A DNA stretch of 64,000 nucleotides. Origin: Gracilinanus agilis (Eukaryota). Positions 10,801 through 22,799 of this stretch are shown piece by piece. The DNA lies in the NCBI RefSeq assembly GCF_016433145.1, contig NC_058133.1, forward strand, positions 35,214,492 through 35,278,491, in the 5' to 3' direction. The notes below the pieces were generated by a model. It was given only the letters and a program-made list of their open reading frames with translations. It ran no database searches and was not told the DNA's origin. The translations under genes and the position numbers were made by a program. The first letter of the stretch is position 1, and every line of letters starts with the position of its first letter.

Positions 10801-11449
10801 AGTGGGTCCTTGGGTGGTTGTATGTGCGTGTGCATGTGCGTGTGCGTGTATACGCGCACTTATTGCCCTGGCGGGGGAGGGGGGGCGGGGCTGCCAGTGT
10901 GTGTCTCTGGGGTGGATCGCTGGGTATCGGTGGGCATGAGGGCTTGGGGGGGCATTGGGTCCTTGCTCCGGGGTAATGGTCAGTGCGTGCTAGTGTATTC
11001 CGGGCTGCGGGGGCGGGACGTGGTGGTCGTGGTTCCTGGGGGGCTGGGGCTGGGGGATCCCTCCGCAGTGACAGCTTTAGGCTTCCACAGTTAGGCTCCT
11101 TGATTGTCTTCCTCCTGGGGGCTCTCCCGGGCACCTGCTGATTCCTGGGTCTTAACCTTCATCTTCAAAACCAACCCCTTTGAGTTTGTGTCTCCGAGGG
11201 GCGCTCATGTCTTCAGTGTATCTCAGTGTTTTCTGTTCTGTTTGGGTGCAGAGCACGTGGTAGGACAGGGAGGGGCCCAGGGCTTCCCTTGAAGTTTTGT
11301 CCCAGAGGATTTGGAGATTCTCAAGGCAGGGATTTGGGGTATGTGTGTGCCCTGAGCCCCCCAGACTGCCAAGGCTTAGTGGGGTGAAGATGACTGTACT
11401 CCTGAGGGGTGTTGCTAGGACTGCCATCCCTCCTTTCATCTAGTTCCCA

Positions 11450-12000
11450 ATTTTTCTTCCCCCTGGCATCCCTTCTCTTAAGCTTCTTGCAAAGCCTAGG
11501 AACTGAGCTAGGAGTTGGGATTTCAGTGACCAGAACAAGTGATCCCTTCCCTGAAGGAGCTTATATTCCACTAGGGATACAGCTAGGGAAATACCAGGTG
11601 GCATGAGGAGGGATGGAGCACTAATGGGGTGGGGAGCCAGAAAGACTTCCTGGAGGAAGTGGCACCTTAGATAAGCACTAAAGGAAGGGTTCCTATAGAG
11701 ACAGAAGGAGGGCAGGAGGGCATACCAGGCATGACTGACGGCTGATGTAAAGGGTCAAAGATGGAAAATGGAAAACTGAGTCTGGAGAAACAAGTGGGCC
11801 CTCATGTTTATAAGGTTAAGCATGTGAACCAAAGTGATACGGAATCACCATGGAGAAACAAGCAGGTTAGAGCCAGAGTATAAGGCCTCTAGGGGCAATA
11901 GGGAGGCCCTGAGGTTTCTTGAGCAGCAGAATTATGTCTGTGCCTTGGGAAGATGATTTTGTCAGCTGGGTGGAGAATGAATTGGAGAGGGAGAGTTGTG
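11450..12000 (-). mobile_element. L2 LINE remnant
   Basis: L2-typical reverse-strand text (gaaagacttcctggaggaagtggca..., gccttgggaagatgattttgtcagctggg). Boundaries approximate. Confidence 0.65.
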
Positions 12001-13536
12001 GAAGCCAGGAGAATGAGAGAAGTTATCATAATTATATTTAATATAGTGCTTTGACAAATGTTTGCAAAGTGCCTTATATATGTTAACCCATTTGAACTTC
12101 ACAAGAACCCCGGGAGGTTATTGTAATAGTCAGTCCACAAGACTTATTAAGTACCTACTGTGTACCAGGCACTGTGCTAAACCTTGAGGGTACAAAGAAA
12201 AGGTAAACACCAGCCCCTGCTCCCAGGAAACATGAAAACAATTTATATATAGTATAAGGTATATAATATATAGCCTAGGAATGATGTATAATATAGATAT
12301 CTATTATAGATATATGTGAGAGAGCAACATTTATATATATATATATACATATATATGCACATATATATGTAACATATGTAAAGGGTAAATTGGAGGTAAT
12401 AGGCAGAGAGAATGCACTAGCATTAAGGGTTATGGGGGAAGGCTTCTTATAGAGGGTAGGATTTTAGCTGAAACTTAGGGGAAGCCAGGAAAGCTGGGAG
12501 GCATGAATGGGGAGGGAGGGAGTTTAAGGTAAGAGAGACTACAATGAAATTGCCTGGACCTGGGAGGTGTGACTTGGTTGAATAACAGTAAGGAGGTGCT
12601 AGTGTCCCCAGGACCAGAGGACTTGGTGAGGAGGAGGGGGATCCAAGGAGGAAGAAGATAGGAAGCAGTCAGGTTATGGAGGGCTCTAAAACCTAGATAG
12701 GATTTTCTATTTGATCCTAGAGGTAATCCACTGGAATTGACTGGATGGGGCATCATGGGGATTTGAGAGATGGTCTGACTTTCTCTTTAGGAGGTCAGCT
12801 TGGCAGCTAAGTGTAAGATGGAGTGGAAATAGGGAAAGACTTGGGATAGGGGGTTATTCCAGGTATGAGGTGATGAGGGCTGGCACCAGAGAGGTAACAG
12901 TGGCAGAGGAGAGAAAGATGTTACAAAGGTAAAATTTTCAGGTCTTTTCCACTCCTTGGATATGAAGGGCGAGAATGAGGCAGGGGTCAAGGAGGACACA
13001 TAGGTTTTGATCCTGGGTAACCTGGAGGCTGGTGATGCCCTTGAAAGCCATAGGAAAGTTAGGAAGAAGGGAGGGTTTGGTTATGAGAAGATATTGAGTT
13101 CACTTTTGGACATGTTGAGTTTAAGATGTCCATGAGGTATCTAGTTTGAAATGTCCAATAGGCAAGTGGAGAAATGAGACTAGACGTCCGGGAAGAGGTA
13201 AGGGCTGGACAAATAAATCTGAGAATCGTTTACATAGAGATGACAGGTGAAACCATGGGAGCTGATGAGATCACCAAATGAAATAGTTTATCAGGAGGAG
13301 AGAGAATCTGTTCCAGAACTTTGGGAGACACACACAACTGATGGGCTTGATCTGGATGAAGATCCCGCAGAAGAGACAGAAGGAACAGTCTGCCAAGTAG
13401 GGGGAGAACCAGGAAAGAACAGTGTCATAAAAGAAAGAAGAGAATGTCAAGAAGATGGTGACCCTTGGCAGCAAGATCAAGAAGGATGAGAATTGAGAAA
13501 GGATCATTAAATTTAGTTACTAAGAGATCACTGGTA

Positions 13537-13712
13537 CAAAAATGAACAATCTGGAAATATGCTATGTATGATAATACATGTGTAACCCAAATTGAATTAC
13601 TTGCCAGCTCTCAGAGCTGGGAGGGAAAGGAAGAAGGGAGATAATTTGAATCATCTAACTTCGGAAAACTTATGTGGAAATTTATTACATGTAGTTGCTT
13701 AAAAAAAAGAGA
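13537..13712 (+). mobile_element. Marsupial L1 3'-end fragment inserted in L2
   Basis: L1-like 3'UTR plus A-tail. Near-identical flanks aagagatcactggta (13522-13536) and gagagatccctggta (13713-13727). Confidence 0.7.
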
Positions 13713-13768
13713 GAGAGATCCCTGGTAACTCTGGAGGAAGCGTTTCAGTTGAATGAAAAGGTCTAAAG

Positions 13769-13959
13769 CAGTGGTTCCCAAACTTTTTTGGCCTACCACC
13801 CCCTTTCCAGAAAAAATATTACTTGGCACCCCCTGGAAATTAATTAAAAAAAAATCTTATTAGCAATAGGAAAGATAAATGCACCTGTGGCCATCACCGC
13901 TCCCCTGGATTGCTGCAGCACCCACCAGGGGGCAGTGGCACCCACTTTGGGAATCACTG
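13769..13959. mobile_element. Non-autonomous hAT (Charlie-type) MITE, 191 bp
   Basis: TIRs CAGTGGTTCCCAAA / TTTGGGAATCACTG (13 of 14 match). Perfect 8-bp TSD GTCTAAAG at 13761-13768 and 13960-13967. Confidence 0.92.
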
Positions 13960-16119
13960 GTCTAAAGCCAAACTGTTGAGAGTAAAAAGAAAGGGAGTGG
14001 AACTTCTGTGGACAGCCTACTCTTGTGATTTAGACACAAGGGAGAAGAGCTATAGGATGATAATAGGGATGGATGGATCAAATGAGGGTTTTTTGAGGAT
14101 GAGGGAATTATGGGCATTTTTGTCTACAGGATAGAAACAACTATTAGGAAAATTGAAGATAAGTGAGAAAGCAGGGATGATAGAGGACTATCTGATGGAG
14201 AAGACAGGGAGAATGGGATTCTTGTATATGGAAATGATTTTGCTTTGGCAAAGAGAAGGGCGACTTCTTTCTGGGAGATTGATGGAGGGAAAAATGATGG
14301 AAGGCATCTGGAAAGAGAAGGAAACAAGCATTTATTATACATCTACTAGGTGCCCAGGGACACACAGTTAGTAAACATCTGAGGCTGGATTAGCACTAAA
14401 GTCTTCCTGACTCCAGGCTCAGCACTCTTATCTGTTGAGCCACCAACCTGCCTCAGTGGTAATGTGAGATAAGAAGGAAACTCTTACCAAATGATCTCAG
14501 TTTTTTCAGTGAAATATAAAGCTAGACTCCGACCCAGGAGAATGGAGGCTAGAGGAGCCCTGAGAGTTTTGAAGAGGGATGAAAAGTTTTGAAAGAGCCT
14601 CTGTGGAGGGTAGGACAGTGAGTGGATTAGGAAGCTGTGCAAGGACTTCCTTATCATAGTGAGGTCCCTGTTGAGATTATATGATATGAATTTGTAAGGG
14701 ACCCAATCAGTACAGCTCTGTGATTTTCTCCAGCTTGAGTAGGGCTGGTAGCAGGAGATGGTGGGAGTAGTTCAAGGCTGAAGGCTTGGCAAGACAAGAT
14801 TGATGATAGGGTAAGAGAACAAGAGGCTCTAGAAAGAAAGAAAGAGAGTGTAGAGTTGATCTGGTTCCCCAGAGGGTCAAGATGAGGAAGGGAGGAGAGT
14901 GTAGTTAGTATGGGGGTGCTGATCTGGAAAAGAACAGGGATCATCAGGTTGGAGAGACAGTGACAACAGAGCAGAGTTTAGGGTTGCAAGGCAGAAGGAG
15001 AGGCGGAATGACAACTCCTTGTGAGCAGATGAGGGAACTTCAGGATTCCAGAATATGAGGGTGATCCCTTTTGTGAATTTGTGAATGATGGCAAGATGAT
15101 GGAAACGACGTGGAGGAAGTAAGGAGCCCAGGAACTGAAGATAAGGGGCTTGTGGGAGTATCAATGTGAATATCAACAATCAAAGACACCTAGTGTGAAG
15201 GCAGGAGTTAGGAAGAATAGAAAGATTGTGAGCGAGGTACTGAACTCCTGGAGGAAGGAAGGGAATGGCCTGGAGGGTGGCAGTCAGTAACCACCAGGAT
15301 TTTGATTGGGTGATAGACAGGTGCGGATTGAGTAAACCTCAAACCAAGCAACCGAGTGACGGTAGGAGAGGGAGAACCTGGAAGTGGCATTCTGACTTTT
15401 CCGTCTTAGTTGTGAATTGAGAAAAAGAATAAAAGTACAACTAGTGCTGGAAAGGGTATGTGAGCAGGTTGTGTTACCAAGAGGGAGCCGAGTCATCATG
15501 AGAACCAGAAGATAAAGGAGCTGGGGAAGGAAAAGTTTGAAGATGAAAGTAAATTTGTTACCAACAGAGCAGAAGGGACATGGGAGTCTTAGAATGGGAG
15601 TTGGGGGTGGGGGAAGAATAAGGCAGAGGGGGCAGAGAGTGGTGCTTGAGTGATGACAACTCGGGGTTTGGAATCCCTGGGACGGAGAGGGTATGATCCG
15701 GGGAAGCCGGGTAATCATGTGAAGAAGATCTGAATGAACCAGAGCGGTGGCTAAGTGAGTGGAGAGTGGAGTGATGACAGAGATGCTGTGGGGGTGGAAG
15801 CAGCTAGATTTATTACCTGGTTAGATGTCTGTGTGTGTCTGTGTGTGGGGGGGGTGCCGATGGACAGGGAGGAGCTGAGGATGAGGTGGGAAACTTGGAG
15901 GGGAGGACAGAGACCGTGTGGGGGGAGGCTCCTACTCTTTTCAGACAGGCCTGATCCAGACTCCTTCCTTCCTAGATTTTTTGGGCCTGGAGATTTCAGT
16001 TTTCTCTCTGATTCACTGCTGAGGGTCAAAGGGCTGCCGGAGCCCTGTGGCCTCCTGGGTTCCAAGACTGGTCCCTGAGGTTGGCTGGCAAAGAAGGAGG
16101 CAGCTCTGGCTTCAGGATC

Positions 16120-16138
16120 ATGACAGAAGCAAACACCA
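16120..16138 (+). CDS. C1orf210: C1orf210 first coding segment (19 nt, MTEANT+A)
   Basis: ATGACAGAAGCAAACACCA|GTGAGT. Phase 1 joins the acceptor at 16468 in frame, giving 113 aa. Confidence 0.85.
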
Positions 16139-16436
16139 GTGAGTGTAGTGACAGGGGGTGGCGGGGAGCTGTGGGTACCACCTGCCACACTTGTTTTCTG
16201 TTTTCTGGGATTACTACCTCTATTCTGCACTGGGCACGAGATCCGAGAGGGGCAGGAGAGTGAGCAGATCACCTCTCCCTGGCCCTAATCTCATCCTGTC
16301 CTTTTCTCTTAGCCTGCTCTTGGTCATGCCCTTTTCTCTGACTTCTTTCTTCTCTTTGCCCTCAATAAGCCTTCCTTTTGGCAACTCCCCCCAGACCCCA
16401 AGGAGAGGCCCAAACCTGGCCTTAGCTTCTGGGTGA

Positions 16437-16790
<354 letters not shown>

Positions 16791-16849
16791 GACAAGCCCC
16801 TTTCTCCCTGCCAGTTCTTCTCTTCCTTCCACTGTGCTCTGGGATGCCC

Positions 16850-16855
16850 AATAAA
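16850..16855 (+). terminator. C1orf210 polyadenylation signal AATAAA
   Basis: 60 nt after the stop codon, followed by GT-rich sequence. Confidence 0.75.
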
Positions 16856-17277
16856 CTCAGACCTGAAGACTGTGTAGACAGCTCTGCCCTGTCTGTGTCT
16901 GAGGGGGGTGGGAAGAAGCACACCAGGCACTGAGGGTATAAGGGAAGCATGGGCACAACGGATACCCTGGACACCAGGTGCAGGAGTATTGGCGGTATGG
17001 CAAATTCAGGGAGTGGTTGGTACTGCGTACCCTTTGGAGAGTTCCCAGCTTCACTGCAGCAGTGCCAGCACCCCATTAATCAACCTTTCCCCCTATCCTA
17101 GCCTGGCCAGAAGGGTGACACTTCTCTTCAGAGATAAGGAGAATTGGGGACCTTCTGCTTCCCTGCTCTTTGGGACCAGCCCAGATTCCTCCATCTTGTC
17201 CACAAGGATGGGGAGTGATCTCTGCTCCTGGAGAAAAAAGTTTAGGATCCATTGGAATGCCAAATTTCACAATAGAG

Positions 17278-17450
17278 GGATCAGAGGATCAGAGGATCAT
17301 AGATTTAGAGCTGAAAGGCACCTCAGAAGTCAAGACACAGCTCTTTCATTTTACAGATGAGAAAACTGAGATAAAGAGCCTTGACTCAGAGTCATAGGGC
17401 TAATAAGTATCTGAGGCAGGATTAGAATTCAGGCCTTCTAGACTCTTGGG
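17278..17450 (-). mobile_element. MIR-family SINE
   Basis: gatcatagatttagagctgaaagg...ttttacagatgagaaaactgag. Confidence 0.8.
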
Positions 17451-17751
17451 GAAAATCCTTGCTGACTTCCAGCTCAGTGAAGATCCAGCAAGAGCCCATC
17501 TCTGCTCTCTCCATCTAGATGCCTTGCTTTGATTGCAAGGCCATTGATCTTTGGGGAATGGGGGGAACTGCCAAAAGGAAGGCTCATTGAGGGCAAAGAG
17601 AAGAAAGTAAACCCTGAGGAGCCACTAGTGGCTCAGTAGATAGAAACTCTCTTGTTGGGAGTTCTTTAGTGGCCATGGCTTGGGTTGGGGTTTGGGTGGC
17701 CACTGAGGTGTCTTCCAGTTCTGAGATTCTGGAATCTGTGCTAAAAGGGGG

Positions 17752-17950
17752 TGAGGTGGGTAGCTCAGTGGATTGAGAGCCAGGCCTAGAGACGGGAGGT
17801 CCTGGGTTCAAATCTGGCCTTAGACACTTCCTAGCTGTGTGACCCTGGGCAAGTCACTTGACCCCCATTGCCTACCCTTACTGCTCTTCTGCCTTGGAGC
17901 CAATACTCAATATTGACTCCAAGACGGAAGGTGAGGGTTTAAAAAAACAA
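17752..17950 (+). mobile_element. Opossum-type CORE-SINE (SINE1_Mdo/Mar family)
   Basis: gggtagctcagtgg A-box, gggttcaaatc B-box, gtgaccctgggcaagtcactt core, A-tail. Confidence 0.9.
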
Positions 17951-18353
17951 CAACACATACACAAAAAAAGGGGGGAAGGTTCATCCGGTCCAACCTAGTC
18001 TGAGTGAATCCCTGCTGGCTGTTGTGGGGAATATTTTCCTCTCTAAGAACTCGGGAATCGTCTCTTTTATGATATTTCCTAGAATTTCCCCAGGACTCAA
18101 AGAGCAGTGACCTGGCCTGGAGTTATAAGAGAGTTGGGACCTCTGCCCACGACCAGTCCTCCAATGGTTTCTCCATTCTGGGAAGGCTTTCAGAGGAGCC
18201 TGACAATGGCTCAGTGGTCACATCCACCCACTGGCATTTTCAACTCCCAAGGATGGAATTCTGGGCCGAGCCTTGAATTCTTTTGTTCTGTGTTTTCCAG
18301 GCCCAAACCCAAACTCATTGGTAGAAGAAACAGAAGTAAAAAAAAGTAGGTCT

Positions 18354-18560
18354 AGGAGGTAGTTAGTGGCTCAGTAGTTAGGGCTCCAGGTCTAGAGGTG
18401 GGAGGTCCTGGATTCAAAATGGGCCTCAGACACTTCCTAGCTGGGCGACCCTGGGTAAGTCACTTAACCCCAATTGCCTGCCTAGCTGTTACCATTCTTC
18501 TGCCTTTGAATTGATACTTGGGACTGATTCTAAGACAGAAGGTCAGGGTTTAAAAAAAAA
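18354..18560 (+). mobile_element. Opossum-type CORE-SINE (older copy)
   Basis: Same head, core and tail layout, more diverged. Confidence 0.85.
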
Positions 18561-18566
18561 AATAGA

Positions 18567-18743
18567 GGGGGCAGCTGGGTAGCTCAGTGGAGTGAGAGTC
18601 AGGCCTAGAGACAGGAGGTCCTGGGTTCAAACCTGGCCTCAGCCACTTCCCAGCTGTGTGACCCTGGGCAAGTCACTTGACCCCCATTGCCCACCCTTAC
18701 CAATCTTCCACCTATGAGACAATACACCGAAGTACAAGGGTTT
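18567..18743 (+). mobile_element. Young SINE1_Mdo-like SINE inserted in the A-tail of the preceding SINE
   Basis: Intact GGGGCAGCTGGGTAGCTCAGTGG head. TSD AAAAAAAAATAGA at 18554-18566 and 18744-18756. Confidence 0.9.
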
Positions 18744-19244
18744 AAAAAAAAATAGATCTGGGAAGTTCTACATTTTCCCTTTCATCTGTATGCATCATCC
18801 CATCCCCCATGATGGGTCTGTCCCTTCCTTGATCCTCCTCTCAGCTAGCATAGGAATGGGAAAAAACCAGCAATCAAGTGCTAACAGACTGCCCCAGGGC
18901 AGAGGCAGCTGGCATCTCAGGGCTTTCCGGGAGCCGTTGCTGCCCACAGGTGAGGAGGAGTGTTTCTGGACACCATGTCCTTGGACTCCAAGTGCCAGGA
19001 CCCATGAGGGTCTGTGGTATGGGCACATTAGCTTCTGAATGCCAAGTTTGGGGAACAGCAGTAAGATCCTGGATAGAGGAGGTGGGATTGCTCTGTGGGC
19101 TGGCTCAGGCTTCTGTGGAAGGAGCCCCCTCTTTGTGCTGGGCCTGAAAGATGAGGGGTAACTGGCAAGATCTCAAGGGAGCAGGGAGTGGAGGAGAGGC
19201 TTGGGCCCTCAGTGGTGCTGCCCAATCCTTTTTATTTTTCTTCT

Positions 19245-19652
19245 CTTAAACCCTTCCTTTGTCTTAGTAACACCTCTGAGACAAAAGGGCAAAGGCTACG
19301 CATTTGGGGTTAAGTGACCTGCCTAGGATCACATAACTAGGAAGTGTCTGAGGCCAGACTGGAACCCAGAACTTCCCATCTCCTAGCACTTTGTGCCAAC
19401 TAGTTGCCCCTTGCCCAATTCTTCATGGCCAGCCTCAACCCCACATGACTCTTTTTTTTAAACCCGTACCTTCTGCCTTAGAATCATTATTAAATATCAA
19501 CTCCAAGGCAGAAGAGTGGTAAGGGCTAGGCAAATGGGGCTAAGTGACTTGCCCAGGGTCACACAGCTAGGCAGTATGTGAAGCCAGATCGGAATCCAAG
19601 ACCTCTCATCTCTAGGCTTGGAGCTTTCTCCACTGAGCCACCTAGCTGCCCC
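19245..19652 (-). mobile_element. Two tandem CORE-SINEs, minus strand
   Basis: Two copies of ...ggggttaagtgacttgcccagggtcacacagctagg...gccagat; heads at ~19410 and ~19652. Confidence 0.85.
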
Positions 19653-21039
19653 CTGACCTGACTCTTACAGGACTGGGCTTTGCTATAGGATTTATCCTCT
19701 ACCCCTTCTTACTTTCTCTTCTAAAGTATAGCCAGTTCAGCCATGGGATCTCCAACACTGTGTTCTTGAACCCTACACTGGTAGAAGAACTCCCAGAAGT
19801 TGATTGAACCCAGGAAGGTTTCTAAGCATTTATTATCTGAGAAGTATCTTAGCCAGGTCTGAGGAACCTGGTGGTCTGCTTTGGGTTGAGGGACTGCTCA
19901 CCCCAGGGACATCATGGACTGCTTTGGCTCCCATCTTCTGTCCAGGTGCTTTTACAAGCTGAATTAGCTTGGGAGCTCCCTGTGCATCCACATTGGTCTT
20001 TGCAGAGAGCTCCGCTACCCCCATCGGAATCATTTGTGCTTGACCTCTCAGAATGACATTCCTGAGAACTTCCCCTCAGCAAACTATCCCTGTGGAATCT
20101 GAGGCCACAGGCTCCTTTCCCTGTCATTAAACGGACCCTTCCTAAGCCTGGGGCATGCATTAGATGCCCATCCCAATCTGAAGGACAGGCTGCCTTCCTT
20201 CCAGTATTCTCTTCTCCTCTCCTTCAGCATCCTGTTGTAATGAATCAGCATCAGGACCAGAAGAGCAGGCCCCTGCTCAGGTCTTCTCTTTTTTGAAGAA
20301 TGAAGTGGCCGCTCGGGCAAGTCAGGAATTTGCCAGATGCCTCACTTGGGTCAGAAAGAGAATCAGAGCGTGTGTCCTGGGCCTCCAGCCTGTCCTGTGT
20401 CCCCAGAGCTCTTGCAATGTCTCTGACGGCCCCGGAGCCCTCCGGAGCCCTCTGAAGCTCTCTGATCTTTGGTCTCCCCAGCCCCTAGCCCAGTGTCAGG
20501 CACCCGACAAGCACTCAGTTCATGTTTGTCCATTAGGGTTAGGGTTGTGATGAGATCATGGGAGTTCCTTTGGTGTGGGGGTCCGATTTGATGACGACGG
20601 AGGTCCCCTCACTTCTCACATCCTCTGATGCTGTGACTGATTGAAAATATCTTCCCAATAGATAGTTCTATCCCCCCAGAGAAGACAAAGAAAAAATGGT
20701 AATGAGCATTTATATAATTTCCACTATGTACCACGCACTATACTCAGGGCTCTAAGGAAGTATGAGTTTATTCAGTCCTCACAACAACCTTGGGAAGTAG
20801 ATGCTATTATCGTCCCCATTTTACAGTTGAGCAAAATGAGGCAAACAGAGGTAGACAGAGAGGATTCTCATTCAAGTTTAGTTGGACTCAACAGCCTTGA
20901 TGGTACCGTCTAGCTTGGAGATCTGGGATTCTGCAATTCAGCCCCTGCCCTAAGGAAGTCGACCCTCCAAGCGCCATATTCTACCGTCTCTGAAATGCTT
21001 AGGCAGTCGAGGCCGTCGTCTCATTGGAAGCTCCTCCTT

Positions 21040-21310
21040 ATGGAGTTAGTGCCCCCAAAGGGCCCCTCCACCAGGCACCCTGGACTCAGGCAGGCGCATT
21101 CCCAGCTTCCTGTCTCCTGACATTCCCTAAGGGATCCGGCTGAGTTACAGTCTGTTTCCTGTAATTCTTCCCTCCCTACCAGCGCACCCCCCAATCTCAC
21201 GTTGCCCCTGGTCCTGCCTTTGGGGCCCAGCAGAACAAGGCCAATCTGTCTTCTATGTGACAGCCCTTTAAACACTTGGAGACAGTGAAGTTCCTCCTGA
21301 ATCTGGGCCA
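21040..21310 (-). mobile_element. L3/CR1 (MIR3-related) 3' fragment
   Basis: Minus peptide LQVFKGLSHRRQIGLVLLGPKGRTRGN resembles the CR1 C-terminus (FKYLKGCH..EG.DLF..AP.GRTR.NG). Confidence 0.7.
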
Positions 21311-21494
21311 AGTCTAATCAGATGAAATCTCAGAGGGAAGAAACCTCCCCACGTAAAAAGCACTCACTGCCCAGGTTCAGGATAAGAGGTGTGCTGTGGC
21401 TCATGGGAAAAGAATTTGGGAGTCCCAATGGCCCACAAGCCATTGAGGAGTCATCGGTGTCATGCCAATGGAGCAGGATTGGGGGGTGCATTCA

Positions 21495-21705
21495 ATTTCT
21501 TTTTTTTTTTTAAACCTTTACCTTCTGTCTTGGAGTCAATACTGTGTATTGGCTCCAAGGCAGAAGAGTGGTAAGGGCTAGGCAATGGGGGTTAAGTGAC
21601 TTGCCCAGGGTCACACAGCTGGGAAGTGTCTGAGGCCAGATTTGAACCTAGGACCTCCCATCTCTAGGTCTGGCTCTCAATACACTGAGCTACCCAGCTG
21701 CCCCC
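21495..21705 (-). mobile_element. SINE1_Mdo-like SINE
   Basis: T-tail at left; ...gagctacccagctgcccc head at right. Confidence 0.9.
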
Positions 21706-21769
21706 TGTGTATTCAATTTCATTCAGCAAAATGCTTATATTGTGCCTAAATGGTGAAAGTCACTAGAAG

Positions 21770-21950
21770 GGCACTAAGGTGGTTCAGTAAAAGATGGGAG
21801 ATCCTGGGTTCAAATCTGGCCTTATACACTTCTTAGTTGCATGACCCTGGGCAAGCCACTTAATCCCCATTGCCCAGTCCTTGCTGCTCTTCTGCCTTGG
21901 GGTCAATAATTGATATCAGTTCTAGGAAGGTATTTAGAATTGATTTTAAG
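21770..21950 (+). mobile_element. CORE-SINE, head-to-head with the previous copy
   Basis: gggttcaaatctggcc B-box, gtgaccctgggcaag core. Confidence 0.85.
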
Positions 21951-21959
21951 CATAAGATA

Positions 21960-22270
21960 AGGGGAAAGAAAGGAAGGAAGAAAGAAAGAAAACAAGAAGG
22001 AAGGGAGGAAGGCAGGGAGGGAGGAAGAAGAGGAGGGAAGNNNNNNNNNNNNNNNNNNNNNNNNNNNNNNNNNNNNNNNNNNNNNNNNNNNNNNNNNNNN
22101 NNNNNNNNNNNNNNNNNNNNNNNNNNNNNNNNNNNNNNNNNNNNNNNNNNNNNNNNNNNNNNNNNNNNNNNNNNNGGGAGGAGGAGGAGGAGGGAAGAGA
22201 AGGAGAAAGAGAAGGAGAAGGAAAGGAAGGAAGGAAGGAAGGAAGGAAGGAAGAAAGGAAGGAAGGAAAG
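21960..22270. repeat. Polypurine (GGAA/GAAA/GGA)n tract containing an assembly gap
   Basis: Nearly pure A/G. 155 N at 22041-22195. Confidence 0.95.
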
Positions 22271-22799
22271 AGTCACTAGGCTGAATAGTTCTTGTCCTCA
22301 AGGAATTTGTGCTTTATTGCATGGGGAGGAAGGAAGAAGAGTCCAATAAATACTCTTCGGAAACGGCATCCAGACAGGGGGAGAAGTCAGTCCCCCCTGC
22401 CTCCAGCCTTGGTCAAATGGCATCTAGACAAGTACATTCCCTTTGGGCCCCCATGTTTTCAGAAAGAGGTTGGCAAACTAAAGTGTACCCAGAAGTAGCT
22501 GGCCAGAATTAGCGAGATGGTTAGAGATCATGAAGGGATTGGGGATGTTTGGCTCGGAGGAAAGGAGACTCAGGGGCCATAAGATCTCTCTTCCGGCATC
22601 TGAAGGGCTGTCCTGTGGAAGAGGGATCAGCCTTGTTCTGCTGGGCCCCAAAGGGCCAAACAAGGAGCAGTTGGGAGGGGAGGGAAGGGGAGGATTGAAC
22701 CTGGTGTCAGGACAGACTTTCTAACAATGGGAGCTGGCCCAGAGTGAAATGGGTGGCCCAGGACTCTGAGGACTTCAACCCTGAGCCAGGCTGAGCTAG

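Larger units (their letters stand above)
12130..15720 (-). mobile_element. Long L2 LINE (3' tail to APE-endonuclease region) with nested insertions
   Basis: Reverse-complemented L2 tail at ~12130 (ttattaagtacctactgtgtaccaggcactg). Minus-strand peptide HPIKILVVTDCHPPGHS at ~15270-15320 resembles the L2 endonuclease (IYRPPGHS). Confidence 0.75.

Noticed and set aside
17752-18743. tRNA-like A/B-box sequences
   Set aside because: These are tRNA-derived SINE heads followed by CORE and tails, not tRNA genes.
19833-20033. 66-aa minus ORF with a nearby AATAAA
   Set aside because: No recognisable homology or splice structure; expected by chance.
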